Assembly (NCBI GenBank): GCA_965116875.1
Contig: OZ220733.1
Coordinates: forward strand, 608,001-672,000
DNA: 64,000 nucleotides
Source of the DNA: Candidatus Latescibacterota bacterium
GTDB lineage: Bacteria; Latescibacterota; UBA2968; GCA-2709665
Direction: 5' to 3'
Numbering within the stretch: position 1 is the first letter of the stretch; the number at the start of each line of letters is the position of its first letter. Shown here in pieces: positions 1 to 8,295 of this stretch. A program made the translations under genes and the position numbers. Under the pieces are notes generated by a model, which saw nothing but the letters and a program-made list of their open reading frames with translations, did not search any database and was not told the origin of the DNA.

Positions 1-2
1 TC

Positions 3-1631
3 GACGGCCTGCCCCCTCAGGAACAGGCCCTCTTCGAAGACATTTCGCTTGTAGGCCTCTCCCATGAAGTGAGAGCCTACCGTACGACGACGCCGGAAAC
101 GCGCGAGGCATTCCTGCGCAATTTCTGGCTCCGGAAAGATCCCTTCAAGTCATCCGCCGGCGCGATGCGCCGCGCCGAGCACTACCGCCGGGTCTGGTAC
201 GCCCGCACGTTTTTCGGCGAAAAGAGATTCCCGTATGACCGGCGGGGAGAGATTTATATTCGCTACGGCGAGCCGGACTTCCGGTCAAGCTGGCGCGAAC
301 TCAATGCGCAGATGCCGCTGAAGGTGCAGCGCGTCCAGGAACGCATGGCCCACCAGCTTTATGGAAACAGGGCCCTGGCCCTGACGTTCGTGGGTCCCGT
401 CTACCCGATTCGTTCCGCACAGGCCTCGGAAAATACCTGGCGAAACTCCGAGGTCCGCGCATCCTCGCAGCCGATTCAGACGATCGACGAGGCCGCGGTC
501 GGCCTGGAACGCTACAAACCCATTACCTCCAGCGGCGACTGGTCCGCCGTACCCTGGGCGGTGTGGATCTACGCGGACATCGACGGCGGCATTGAAATCG
601 CCTTCACGGACGAGTTCAACACGGGAAACTTCGACTACGCGCCGGAACCCGTCATGGGCCCGGAAGATATCAATGAATACAACATGCAAAGCAGGGGCGG
701 CCCATTCCGCAACATGGTCAACCGGCTTAACGCCATGTCCCCCGCGGCACGGATGACAAGGGTGGCGAGCAAGGAACCCGAACGATACGCCTTCGAAGCG
801 CTGGAACCGCTGGACTATTACTATGAAGCCCTTTCCTTTCGCGGACTTGACGGCAAAACCGAACTCCAGCTCAACATCGGACTTCCGATCGACAATGTCG
901 CGAGGCGCGAAGACATCGATACGACCGTCGTCGTCAATCGCCGCGTCGCGCTTGTCGACAGCCGCAAAGGACGACTTCACAAACGCAGTGACGACCTCGC
1001 CGTGCCGGTTACCGACGCCAACCTGGGGCGGAGCCTGCTGGCGCTCGACCGCGTTGACATTGCCGCCGCGCCAGGCGTCTATCAGCTCGCGGTGGAGGCC
1101 TGGCGAAAAAAGACGGACATGCTCCAGGTCTATCAGCAGACGTTGGAACTGCCCGACTATAGCGGCGAGGAACTCATGATGAGCGACATCCAGATCGCCC
1201 AGAACGTCGCGGAAGCCCGTGAAGGATCCATTCAGAAATTCGTCCGTCAGGGGTGGGACATTCTTCCGGCGCCGTCCCGCACATTTTACGTGGGCAAGTC
1301 TGTCTTTGTCTACTTCGAGGTCTATAATCTCGAAAAAGACGCCTTCGGGAACACCCGGTACGAAGTGACGTTCGAGGTCATATCCAAGTCCACGAGCGAC
1401 AGGTCCCCCAGGACGTTTCTGCCCAGAATCCGGAAAGACGGCGAATCCATTGAGGTCCGGTACGAGCAGGCGGGTACGGAAACCTCGGTCTCGGACTTTG
1501 TTGAACTGGATCTGGGACAGGCGGATCCGGGTCGCTATTCGTTGCACATGACGGTGAAAGACCTGAATGGCGACCGCAACATCAAACGGGACAGCATCTT
1601 TCGGATCGCTTCGCTCCCACGCCGGAGATAG
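3..1631 (+). CDS. GWxTD-domain-containing protein (5' partial, runs off window start)
   Basis: Frame is open from position 3 (DGLPPQEQALFEDISLV...). Motifs FWLRKDP, EHYRRVWYA and D-RRGEIYIRYGEP are typical of the GWxTD domain, followed by Ig-like C-terminal domains. Paralogous to 19401..21863. Confidence 0.8.
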   Translation, partial: DGLPPQEQALFEDISLVGLSHEVRAYRTTTPETREAFLRNFWLRKDPFKSSAGAMRRAEHYRRVWYARTFFGEKRFPYDRRGEIYIRYGEPDFRSSWRELNAQMPLKVQRVQERMAHQLYGNRALALTFVGPVYPIRSAQASENTWRNSEVRASSQPIQTIDEAAVGLERYKPITSSGDWSAVPWAVWIYADIDGGIEIAFTDEFNTGNFDYAPEPVMGPEDINEYNMQSRGGPFRNMVNRLNAMSPAARMTRVASKEPERYAFEALEPLDYYYEALSFRGLDGKTELQLNIGLPIDNVARREDIDTTVVVNRRVALVDSRKGRLHKRSDDLAVPVTDANLGRSLLALDRVDIAAAPGVYQLAVEAWRKKTDMLQVYQQTLELPDYSGEELMMSDIQIAQNVAEAREGSIQKFVRQGWDILPAPSRTFYVGKSVFVYFEVYNLEKDAFGNTRYEVTFEVISKSTSDRSPRTFLPRIRKDGESIEVRYEQAGTETSVSDFVELDLGQADPGRYSLHMTVKDLNGDRNIKRDSIFRIASLPRRR

Positions 1632-1662
1632 CTGCGCAGGAATGGAAGAGGCGTCCGGCCGG

Positions 1663-2211
1663 TTAACTGACCCGCATCACCAGGGTGCCGGAAATCCGGT
1701 CGTGCAGCGCCTGCCGGTCCGGATGACGGCGTGTTATCCAGACGAGTGCAAGGCCGAGCAGAGAACCGGAATAAAGGACGATCGACCAGAGATGCGAACG
1801 TTCGGCATCGAAATCAGGAGGCGGCGTCAGGACGCGTCCGGCGTCCAATGCCACCTGATGGGGCTCCGCATAGGGGTTCAGGGCGGACAGGACGATCAGA
1901 ATTGCGAACAAGGGCGTCCACTTCACCGTGGAACGGACAAGCGCCCGGGCCCGCCCTATCGCGCCGCCATCCGCGGAGATGACCCTCAGGCTCGTCATGA
2001 TCTTGCCCGGCGTCTGTCCCCTGCGCGCGAGAAAGATGGTACAGTAGACCAGCGTGATTCCGTACTCGAGAACCAGCGCGGCTATTGGCGAGGGCGTGAC
2101 CTCTCTCAGGGTCCGGGAGAGCGGCAGGTCCAGCAGCTTCAACATCAGCATGTCAATGACGACCGCGAGAAACCGCCGTCCAAGCCCGGCCATCTCATCG
2201 TGCATCAGCAT
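1663..2211 (-). CDS. RDD family membrane protein
   Basis: AGLGRRFLAVVID, GQTPGK and RQALHDRISGTLV are the RDD signatures. Start trimmed to ATG 2211 because the upstream part of the ORF lies in a MITE. Confidence 0.85.
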   Translation of the reverse strand: MLMHDEMAGLGRRFLAVVIDMLMLKLLDLPLSRTLREVTPSPIAALVLEYGITLVYCTIFLARRGQTPGKIMTSLRVISADGGAIGRARALVRSTVKWTPLFAILIVLSALNPYAEPHQVALDAGRVLTPPPDFDAERSHLWSIVLYSGSLLGLALVWITRRHPDRQALHDRISGTLVMRVS

Positions 2212-2231
2212 CGCGTTACATCCCTGCTTTG

Positions 2232-2417
2232 GAAGCAGTTTTAAAATTCCCAGCGGTCTTCGCACGGCTGAAAAAGCGCAGGTCGGCGTTGGTCAAACCC
2301 ACCCGTCTTACGAGATCGAGGCTGCGCCTGCTCGCCTCTCATAGCCGGATTTACCCGCCTTGACCTCCGCTTTTTCGCTCGCGCTCGGGAACTCACCGGT
2401 AATTTTAAAACGACTTC
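2232..2417. mobile_element. MITE-like element, family A, copy 1
   Basis: Imperfect terminal inverted repeats GAAGCAGTTTTAAAATT ... AATTTTAAAACGACTTC. The interior is clearly homologous to the reverse complement of 45225..45385. No coding capacity. Confidence 0.75.
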
Positions 2418-2584
2418 ATTGACCGCGGCGCGTGAAACGGCGTGGTACTGCAGGTTTGGCGTTGTCATTCAGTTTCATGGTCTGCTAAACGATGCGAATC
2501 GAGGTCGGGTGCCTCGCGAAGGCCTTGCCCTGGACGAACGCATTCCCTCAAACCCCCATTCCGTCACCATCGGAGGTTTCAGCC

Positions 2585-3622
2585 GTGAGACTCGTGCAAT
2601 TTCGCGATCCATCCGTCCCGAAACCCGCGCGCCTCGGACTGGTCGAAAACGACGTGGTACTGGACCTCACGGCGTGCGAGCCCTGCCCCGAATCGGTCTT
2701 CGAGCTCTACTTCACCCACGGGGGCGACGGCAAGGGGCTGGAAGAGGCGGTTGCGAGCATCGACACAGCGACGGCGCCTGCATACCGGCTGGCGGACCTG
2801 GCGAGCAACGAACCGTCGGCCGGACGTCCGCACCTGATCCCGCCCGTAACCCCACCGCCCGGCCAACCCGATCGGTTGCGGGTCTGGCTGGCGGGCGTGA
2901 CTCACGCGGACAGCGCCAGATTGCGGGAATCCGAAGCGAAAGAGGCCACCGGAGGCGCCGTTAACGTATACGATCAGAAATACAGCGAATGCGCGCGGGG
3001 CGGCATACCGGAACTCTTCGCGAAGACCGGCGCGGACGCGCTTGCAGGACATCGCGGGCGCATCTCCCGCCCGGACGACACCCTGCGCCTCGTTCCCGAA
3101 ACCGAACTCGTCACGCTCTACGGACTGAACGCCCACGGTCAGGTCGAGCGACTGGGTTTTACGGGCGGCAATGACTATACCGACAACGGCATCGAGGCCG
3201 CAAATCCGTTGAATCTACCCCAGGCCAAGAACTGGCACGGCGGTTGCGCCAGCCTGGGTCCGGTTCTGGTGACCGATTCCGAGTTCGACGACGCCAGCGT
3301 CGCCGTCACGTGCGAAATCCTCCGAGACGACAATCGAATCGCCCGAAAGACCGGGCGCACCGGACAAAGCCATCTCAACATGCCCGACCGCCTCTTCCAC
3401 CTGGAGCGGTCTCTCTTCGGTCGACTGCCCCTGGTCGAAAAGACACTTCAACTGTTATATTGGGGTACGCCCATCGTCTTTTCGGAAGACGACCTGCCCG
3501 GCGGCCTTCTGGTAAACGACACCGTCCGGATGACCTTCGACGGTATCGGCGACCTGCAGAACACGATCGGTCCTTTTGCTCAAAACAACCAGTTGGCCTG
3601 GCTGGAAGCCAATCGGCGATGA
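2585..3622 (+). CDS. Fumarylacetoacetate hydrolase family protein (2-keto-3-deoxy-pentonate dehydratase-like)
   Basis: PELFAK, VPETEL and GNDYTDNGIEAANPLNLPQAK match FAH/KdaD-XylX-like motifs. GGAGG RBS lies before GTG 2585. Confidence 0.75.
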   Translation: MRLVQFRDPSVPKPARLGLVENDVVLDLTACEPCPESVFELYFTHGGDGKGLEEAVASIDTATAPAYRLADLASNEPSAGRPHLIPPVTPPPGQPDRLRVWLAGVTHADSARLRESEAKEATGGAVNVYDQKYSECARGGIPELFAKTGADALAGHRGRISRPDDTLRLVPETELVTLYGLNAHGQVERLGFTGGNDYTDNGIEAANPLNLPQAKNWHGGCASLGPVLVTDSEFDDASVAVTCEILRDDNRIARKTGRTGQSHLNMPDRLFHLERSLFGRLPLVEKTLQLLYWGTPIVFSEDDLPGGLLVNDTVRMTFDGIGDLQNTIGPFAQNNQLAWLEANRR

Positions 3623-3665
3623 GTCTGCCCGTACAGCGTCACTGAGGGAGGTGGTGCAGTTGCGT

Positions 3666-3977
3666 CTAGAGGACCCGATCATGCCCCCACGGGTCCTGTT
3701 TGACGATCTCGAATGCCTTGACCGGACTTCGGCCGCGGGGCGCGTCGTGCAGCGTCGACGGATTGTAGGAAGCGCCCGCCAGCTTCAACAGCGATTCCAG
3801 AAGGGGTTGGCCCAGCGTGAGTCCCTTGAGAAACATCTCCTCGCCGTTGATATCCTTTACGGTGGCGCCTTCCCGCCCCACGAAGACCCTGCGCAGCGCC
3901 CGCATTTCCGCCCGGTGTTCCCGAAAATACGCAAGCGCGTCCGCGGGGTCCCCGCCGTCGTACATGAGTGCCGGCAT
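3666..3977 (-). CDS. hypothetical protein (103 aa)
   Basis: GGAGG RBS 6 nt before ATG 3977; protein-like composition; fills the gap between the FAH and PFOR genes. Confidence 0.65.
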   Translation of the reverse strand: MPALMYDGGDPADALAYFREHRAEMRALRRVFVGREGATVKDINGEEMFLKGLTLGQPLLESLLKLAGASYNPSTLHDAPRGRSPVKAFEIVKQDPWGHDRVL

Positions 3978-4131
3978 CGATTGCCTCCGTGTGTCGATCG
4001 TACACGTGATTTTGTCTGAGAAGTAGAATATGGAGGGCCGCCGGAAATCGGGCAAGCGGATTCAATGACCATCGATTGCAATACACCGCCCTCCTTCGGT
4101 AATCCGCCGGATGAACCGGTCAAAACAGCGC

Positions 4132-4160
4132 TTGCAGACCCCGCGCGACTGAGTTATATT
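4132..4160 (+). promoter_or_regulatory. putative sigma70 promoter for the PFOR genes
   Basis: TTGCAG-N17-TATATT upstream of 4298. Confidence 0.5.
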
Positions 4161-4297
4161 CAGCGCATTCGATTCCATATATTTAGTCTGTCTTATTATT
4201 AATATTACAAAGTTGTATCGAATCCGATCGTGGATCGAGCCGGCAGACCGTCGTCGGCATCCACGTCCCGGTGTGCCTATTGTAAAGGAGAACCGTC

Positions 4298-6319
4298 ATG
4301 GCGGAAAGCGCCAGAATACAGATTAACGGACGGCCAGGTGAATTCCCGTTTCCCGGTATCCCCGACGTGGGCGACGGGGGCGATGCCGCAATCTGGGTCG
4401 AAAAACATATCAGCCAGGGCGCATGCGCCTACCCCATCACGTCTTCCTCCATTCTGGGTGAGAAATACAGCGCGGTCGTATCCAACGGCGGGGTCAACCT
4501 GTGGGGCGACACCCTGATCTTCATAGAGCCCGAGTCCGAACACAGCTCGGCTTCAGCGGCCGAGGGCTTTTCCGTGGCCGGCGGCCGCGTCACGAACTTC
4601 ACCTCCGGCCAGGGCCTCGTTCTGATGAAGGAGGTGCTGTACACAATCTCGGGCAAGCGTCTTCCGGCGGTCTTCCATATCGGCGCGCGGGCGCTCACCT
4701 CGCAATCGCTCAACGTGCACGCGGGCCACGACGACATCATGGCGGTAGCCGACTGCGGTTGGGGCATCGTATTCGCACGCAATACGCAGGAGGTCATGGA
4801 CACCACGCTCATCGCGCGCCGTGCCGCGGAAGCCTCCCAGACACCGTTCATGGTTGTGCAGGATGGATTCCTCACAACTCATACGGTGCAGAACGTCGTG
4901 GCTATCGAGCCCGAACTCATGAAGCTCTTCGTCGGACGCCCGGAAGACAAGATTCAGAATCTTATGGACGTCGACAATCCGATGATGAGCGGCGTTGTGC
5001 AGAACCAGGACAGCTATATGAAGGGTAAGATCGCCCAGCGCTATTTCTACGATCGCGTTCCCGACGACCTTCAGGAAGCCATGCACGAATTCTACAGGAT
5101 GACCGGAAGGCGTTACGGCATGATCGACGGATACCAGCTGGAAGACGCTGAATACGTTATCGTGGGTATGGGCAGTATGCTCGAGACCGCCCTCACCGCC
5201 GTCGACTGGTTGCGGGAGACAGAAGGCCTTAAGGTGGGCGCCCTTCACGTCACGTCGTTCCGCCCGTTCCCGGGCGTCGAGATCGTGGAGGCCCTGAAAA
5301 ACGCAAAGGTCATTTCCGTTGTGGAACGCATGGACAATCCCCTTGCGCAGTCCAATCCGCTTACCGCCGAAATCAAGTCCGCCTTCGCCGATGCCGTTTG
5401 CGGTTCGAACGGTTATCCGCGGATCGAACGCATTCCCAAGATTCTCTCGGGCATGGCCGGCCTGGGAAGCCGCGACGTTCGGCCGGGCGACTTCATTGCC
5501 ACGGTCAGAAATATGCAGGCCGCAGCACCCCGCCGGAAGGATCTCTTCGTTTTGAATATCGAACACGAGCTTGCCCTTCAGAGGCAGCCCGATCCCGGAA
5601 CGCGGGAAGTCGGCGCCTTCGCCATGCGCGGGCACTCGATCGGCGGATACGGTTCCGTTACGACGAACAAGGTTATTGCCACGTTGCTGGCGAACCTGGG
5701 GCTTCACGTCCAGGCCTACCCGAAATACGGGTCGGAAAAGAAGGGTCTGCCCACCACCTATTACCTTACCGCGGCCAACGAACACATCCGGACCCACTCG
5801 GAGCTGGAAGTCGTGGACTTCGTCCCGCTCAATGACGTGAACGCCTTTAACACCGCCAATCCGCTGGCCGGCGTTGTCGACGGGGGTATGGTCTTCATCC
5901 AGAGCCCCCACAAGGAGGCGGAGAAGGTATGGGACAATGTTCCCGGTTGGGCCAAAAAGACATTCCGTACCAGGAACATCAAACCTCTCGCCCTCGACGC
6001 CGTCAAAATTGCCCTGGAGGAAGCGCCGTCGCCGGACCTGATGCAACGTTTCCAGGGCATTGTTCTTCTTGGCATCTTCCTGAAACACACACCGTTCCAG
6101 AAAGACCTGAATCTCACGGAGGACGAGCTGTTCGTCAACGTGGAAAACGCGGTCAACAAATACTGGGGAAGCAAGGGCAAGGGCGTCGTGGAGGCCAATA
6201 TGGGCGCCATCAGGAGAGGGTACCGGGAAGTATTCGAAGTCCCGAGGGAACTGATCGAAAGCACAATCGATCAGGAAACGGACGAACTTCCGGCCGGTCT
6301 GGTCTCGATCGGATGCTGA
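4298..6319 (+). CDS. pyruvate:ferredoxin (2-oxoacid:acceptor) oxidoreductase, alpha+gamma domain subunit
   Basis: AYPITS, ESEHSSASA, FTSGQGLVLM, DGFLTTH, FRPFP, GGYGSVTTNK and YGSEKKG. AAGGAG RBS. Confidence 0.92.
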   Translation: MAESARIQINGRPGEFPFPGIPDVGDGGDAAIWVEKHISQGACAYPITSSSILGEKYSAVVSNGGVNLWGDTLIFIEPESEHSSASAAEGFSVAGGRVTNFTSGQGLVLMKEVLYTISGKRLPAVFHIGARALTSQSLNVHAGHDDIMAVADCGWGIVFARNTQEVMDTTLIARRAAEASQTPFMVVQDGFLTTHTVQNVVAIEPELMKLFVGRPEDKIQNLMDVDNPMMSGVVQNQDSYMKGKIAQRYFYDRVPDDLQEAMHEFYRMTGRRYGMIDGYQLEDAEYVIVGMGSMLETALTAVDWLRETEGLKVGALHVTSFRPFPGVEIVEALKNAKVISVVERMDNPLAQSNPLTAEIKSAFADAVCGSNGYPRIERIPKILSGMAGLGSRDVRPGDFIATVRNMQAAAPRRKDLFVLNIEHELALQRQPDPGTREVGAFAMRGHSIGGYGSVTTNKVIATLLANLGLHVQAYPKYGSEKKGLPTTYYLTAANEHIRTHSELEVVDFVPLNDVNAFNTANPLAGVVDGGMVFIQSPHKEAEKVWDNVPGWAKKTFRTRNIKPLALDAVKIALEEAPSPDLMQRFQGIVLLGIFLKHTPFQKDLNLTEDELFVNVENAVNKYWGSKGKGVVEANMGAIRRGYREVFEVPRELIESTIDQETDELPAGLVSIGC

Positions 6320-6443
6320 CCGTTCGTTTCCAACCCGCCAACATCGTGATTCCGGTCGCGTGACAACGTGACGTCGATACGAACCAAAACTGCAAGGATC
6401 CGGCAGGCCACGGTCATTCAAGCCGGATCGGGAGTAAATAACC

Positions 6444-8087
6444 ATGTCGACCAATGGCAAGAGCGATCCCGCCACGCTGCTGAGCGTCAGTTCATTGGAG
6501 GAAATGGACGAGGAACCGATCTCCTCCTCACCGCTCAACCTGCATTCCCTCCTCGATATCGAAGACTTCAACGGCAGGGTCGTGGCCGGATACAATACAG
6601 GCATTGCCGAACAGGGGCTGCCCGCCGACGTTGGCGTTGCCCGAAGCCTGGTCGGGCCGGGTACCGGCGCCCTTCGCGACTTCAGCTACATCGCCCCCGA
6701 GATCCCGGAGTTCATCCAGGAAAACTGCGTTGGCTGCATGGACTGCGTCACCGAGTGTCCCGATACCGCCATCCTCGGGAAGATTACCACCCGCGAAGAC
6801 CTGGACGCCGCGCTGGCCAGGACCACCGATCCGGAAACCAGGGAATTCCTGCGCAACCAGTTTTCTGAAACCTCGAAGTATTACAAGAACTTCGAGAAGA
6901 AGGGCAAAGAAGGCGCCTACTTCGGCATCTTCATAGACCCGACCAAGTGCAAGGGTTGCGCCGAGTGCGTCGAAGTCTGCGCGGATAAAGACGCGCTGAA
7001 AATGGTCACCAAGACGGAAGACAACCTGGAGGAATTCCGCGCCGCCTGGGACTTCCACAACGAACTGCCCGAATCTCCGAGCGAATATATCCTCGAAAAA
7101 TCCGTTCAGGACATGATGCTGGCCGAACGATCGCTCCTCTACGTGGGCGGGGCAGGATCCTGCATGGGCTGTGGAGAAGCCACGGCCCTGCGCATGATGC
7201 TGGCATCCACGGGTTATCTGCACGGACCCGAGAACATCGGCCTCGTCGCATCCACCGGCTGCAACACCGTCTACACGTCCACCTATCCGTACAACCCCTA
7301 CACGGTGCCCTGGACCAACTCACTCTTCGAAAACGGTCCCACGGATGCCATGGGAGTGCGTGCCCGCTGGGACCAGATGGGCTGGCAGGACAAGAAGATC
7401 TGGGTCATAGGCGGAGACGGGGCGATGCTGGATATCGGTTTCCAGGCGCTCTCGCGGATGCTCATGTCAGGAATGGATATCAACGTCCTGGTTCTGGATA
7501 CCCAGGTCTATTCCAATACCGGCGGACAGGCCTCCACCTCCAGTTACATGGGTCAGAACACCAAAATGTCCGTCCACGGCTCAGCCATTCCCGGAAAAAC
7601 CGAACGTCGAAAGGAACTCGGACAGATCTGCATGATGCATCCGGACACCTTCGTGGCCCAGACCATCTGCAGCCTGCAGAACCACTTTTACCGCGCGATT
7701 GCCGCGGCCAACGAATTCGACGGCCCGTCCGTAATCAACGTTTTCACCACGTGCCAGCCCGAACACGGCGTGGGGGACCACCTGGCCGGACACCAGGCCA
7801 AGCTCGCCATGGAGTCCAGGGCATTCCCCATTTTCATCTACGATCCGCGCAAGGGAGAACGCATCAAGGAGCGGCTGGACCTCCGGGGCAACCCCGCGGT
7901 CAAGGACGACTGGTATACCATTCGCAAGACCGGAGAAACCGTCGACTTCGTTACTTTCGCCCGGACCGAGGGGCGTTTCGCCAAGCACTTCGACAAAGAC
8001 GGCAATCCTTCCGAAACCCTGATGGCCGCCCAGGACGACCGCCTGCAGAACTGGCGCATGCTCCAGGAGATGGCCGGCATTATCTGA
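6444..8087 (+). CDS. pyruvate:ferredoxin oxidoreductase, delta (2x4Fe-4S)+beta (TPP) subunit
   Basis: CVGCMDCVTECP and CKGCAECVEVC ferredoxin motifs; GSCMGCGE; TPP motif GGDGAMLDIG...DTQVYSNTGGQ. Confidence 0.92.
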   Translation: MSTNGKSDPATLLSVSSLEEMDEEPISSSPLNLHSLLDIEDFNGRVVAGYNTGIAEQGLPADVGVARSLVGPGTGALRDFSYIAPEIPEFIQENCVGCMDCVTECPDTAILGKITTREDLDAALARTTDPETREFLRNQFSETSKYYKNFEKKGKEGAYFGIFIDPTKCKGCAECVEVCADKDALKMVTKTEDNLEEFRAAWDFHNELPESPSEYILEKSVQDMMLAERSLLYVGGAGSCMGCGEATALRMMLASTGYLHGPENIGLVASTGCNTVYTSTYPYNPYTVPWTNSLFENGPTDAMGVRARWDQMGWQDKKIWVIGGDGAMLDIGFQALSRMLMSGMDINVLVLDTQVYSNTGGQASTSSYMGQNTKMSVHGSAIPGKTERRKELGQICMMHPDTFVAQTICSLQNHFYRAIAAANEFDGPSVINVFTTCQPEHGVGDHLAGHQAKLAMESRAFPIFIYDPRKGERIKERLDLRGNPAVKDDWYTIRKTGETVDFVTFARTEGRFAKHFDKDGNPSETLMAAQDDRLQNWRMLQEMAGII

Positions 8088-8121
8088 GAAGCCGTAGACA
8101 ATTCAACGGGTCGCAGAACGC

Positions 8122-8156
8122 AAAGCCCCCGGAGGAGTGCCTCCGGGGGCTTTCTT
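8122..8156 (+). terminator. rho-independent terminator after the PFOR genes
   Basis: AAAGCCCCCGGAGG-agtg-CCTCCGGGGGCTTT followed by CTT. Confidence 0.85.
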
Positions 8157-8196
8157 GTTCCGGTTTCCGCTCAGACCGCGTAATCGGGCAACAAAT

Positions 8197-8225
8197 TTGA
8201 CTTTTCAGGCGTCTACAGGTAAATT
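8197..8225 (+). promoter_or_regulatory. putative sigma70 promoter for aceE-aceF-lpdA
   Basis: TTGACT-N17-TAAATT between the terminator and aceE. Confidence 0.65.
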
Positions 8226-8295
8226 CAGAAGCCGATTGGTGCGTGTGAAGTTGTAAGTATGGGTTCATGAACGAGAAAGGCTGACGAGGACGCAA

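Noticed and set aside
4553-6604. Long antisense and alternate-frame ORFs (e.g. 4553..6604-, 8080..9531-, 9699..11309+, 12324..13781-, 24304..25647+, 47303..49720+)
   Set aside because: They overlap well-supported genes, carry no recognisable motifs, and are expected shadow ORFs in high-GC DNA.
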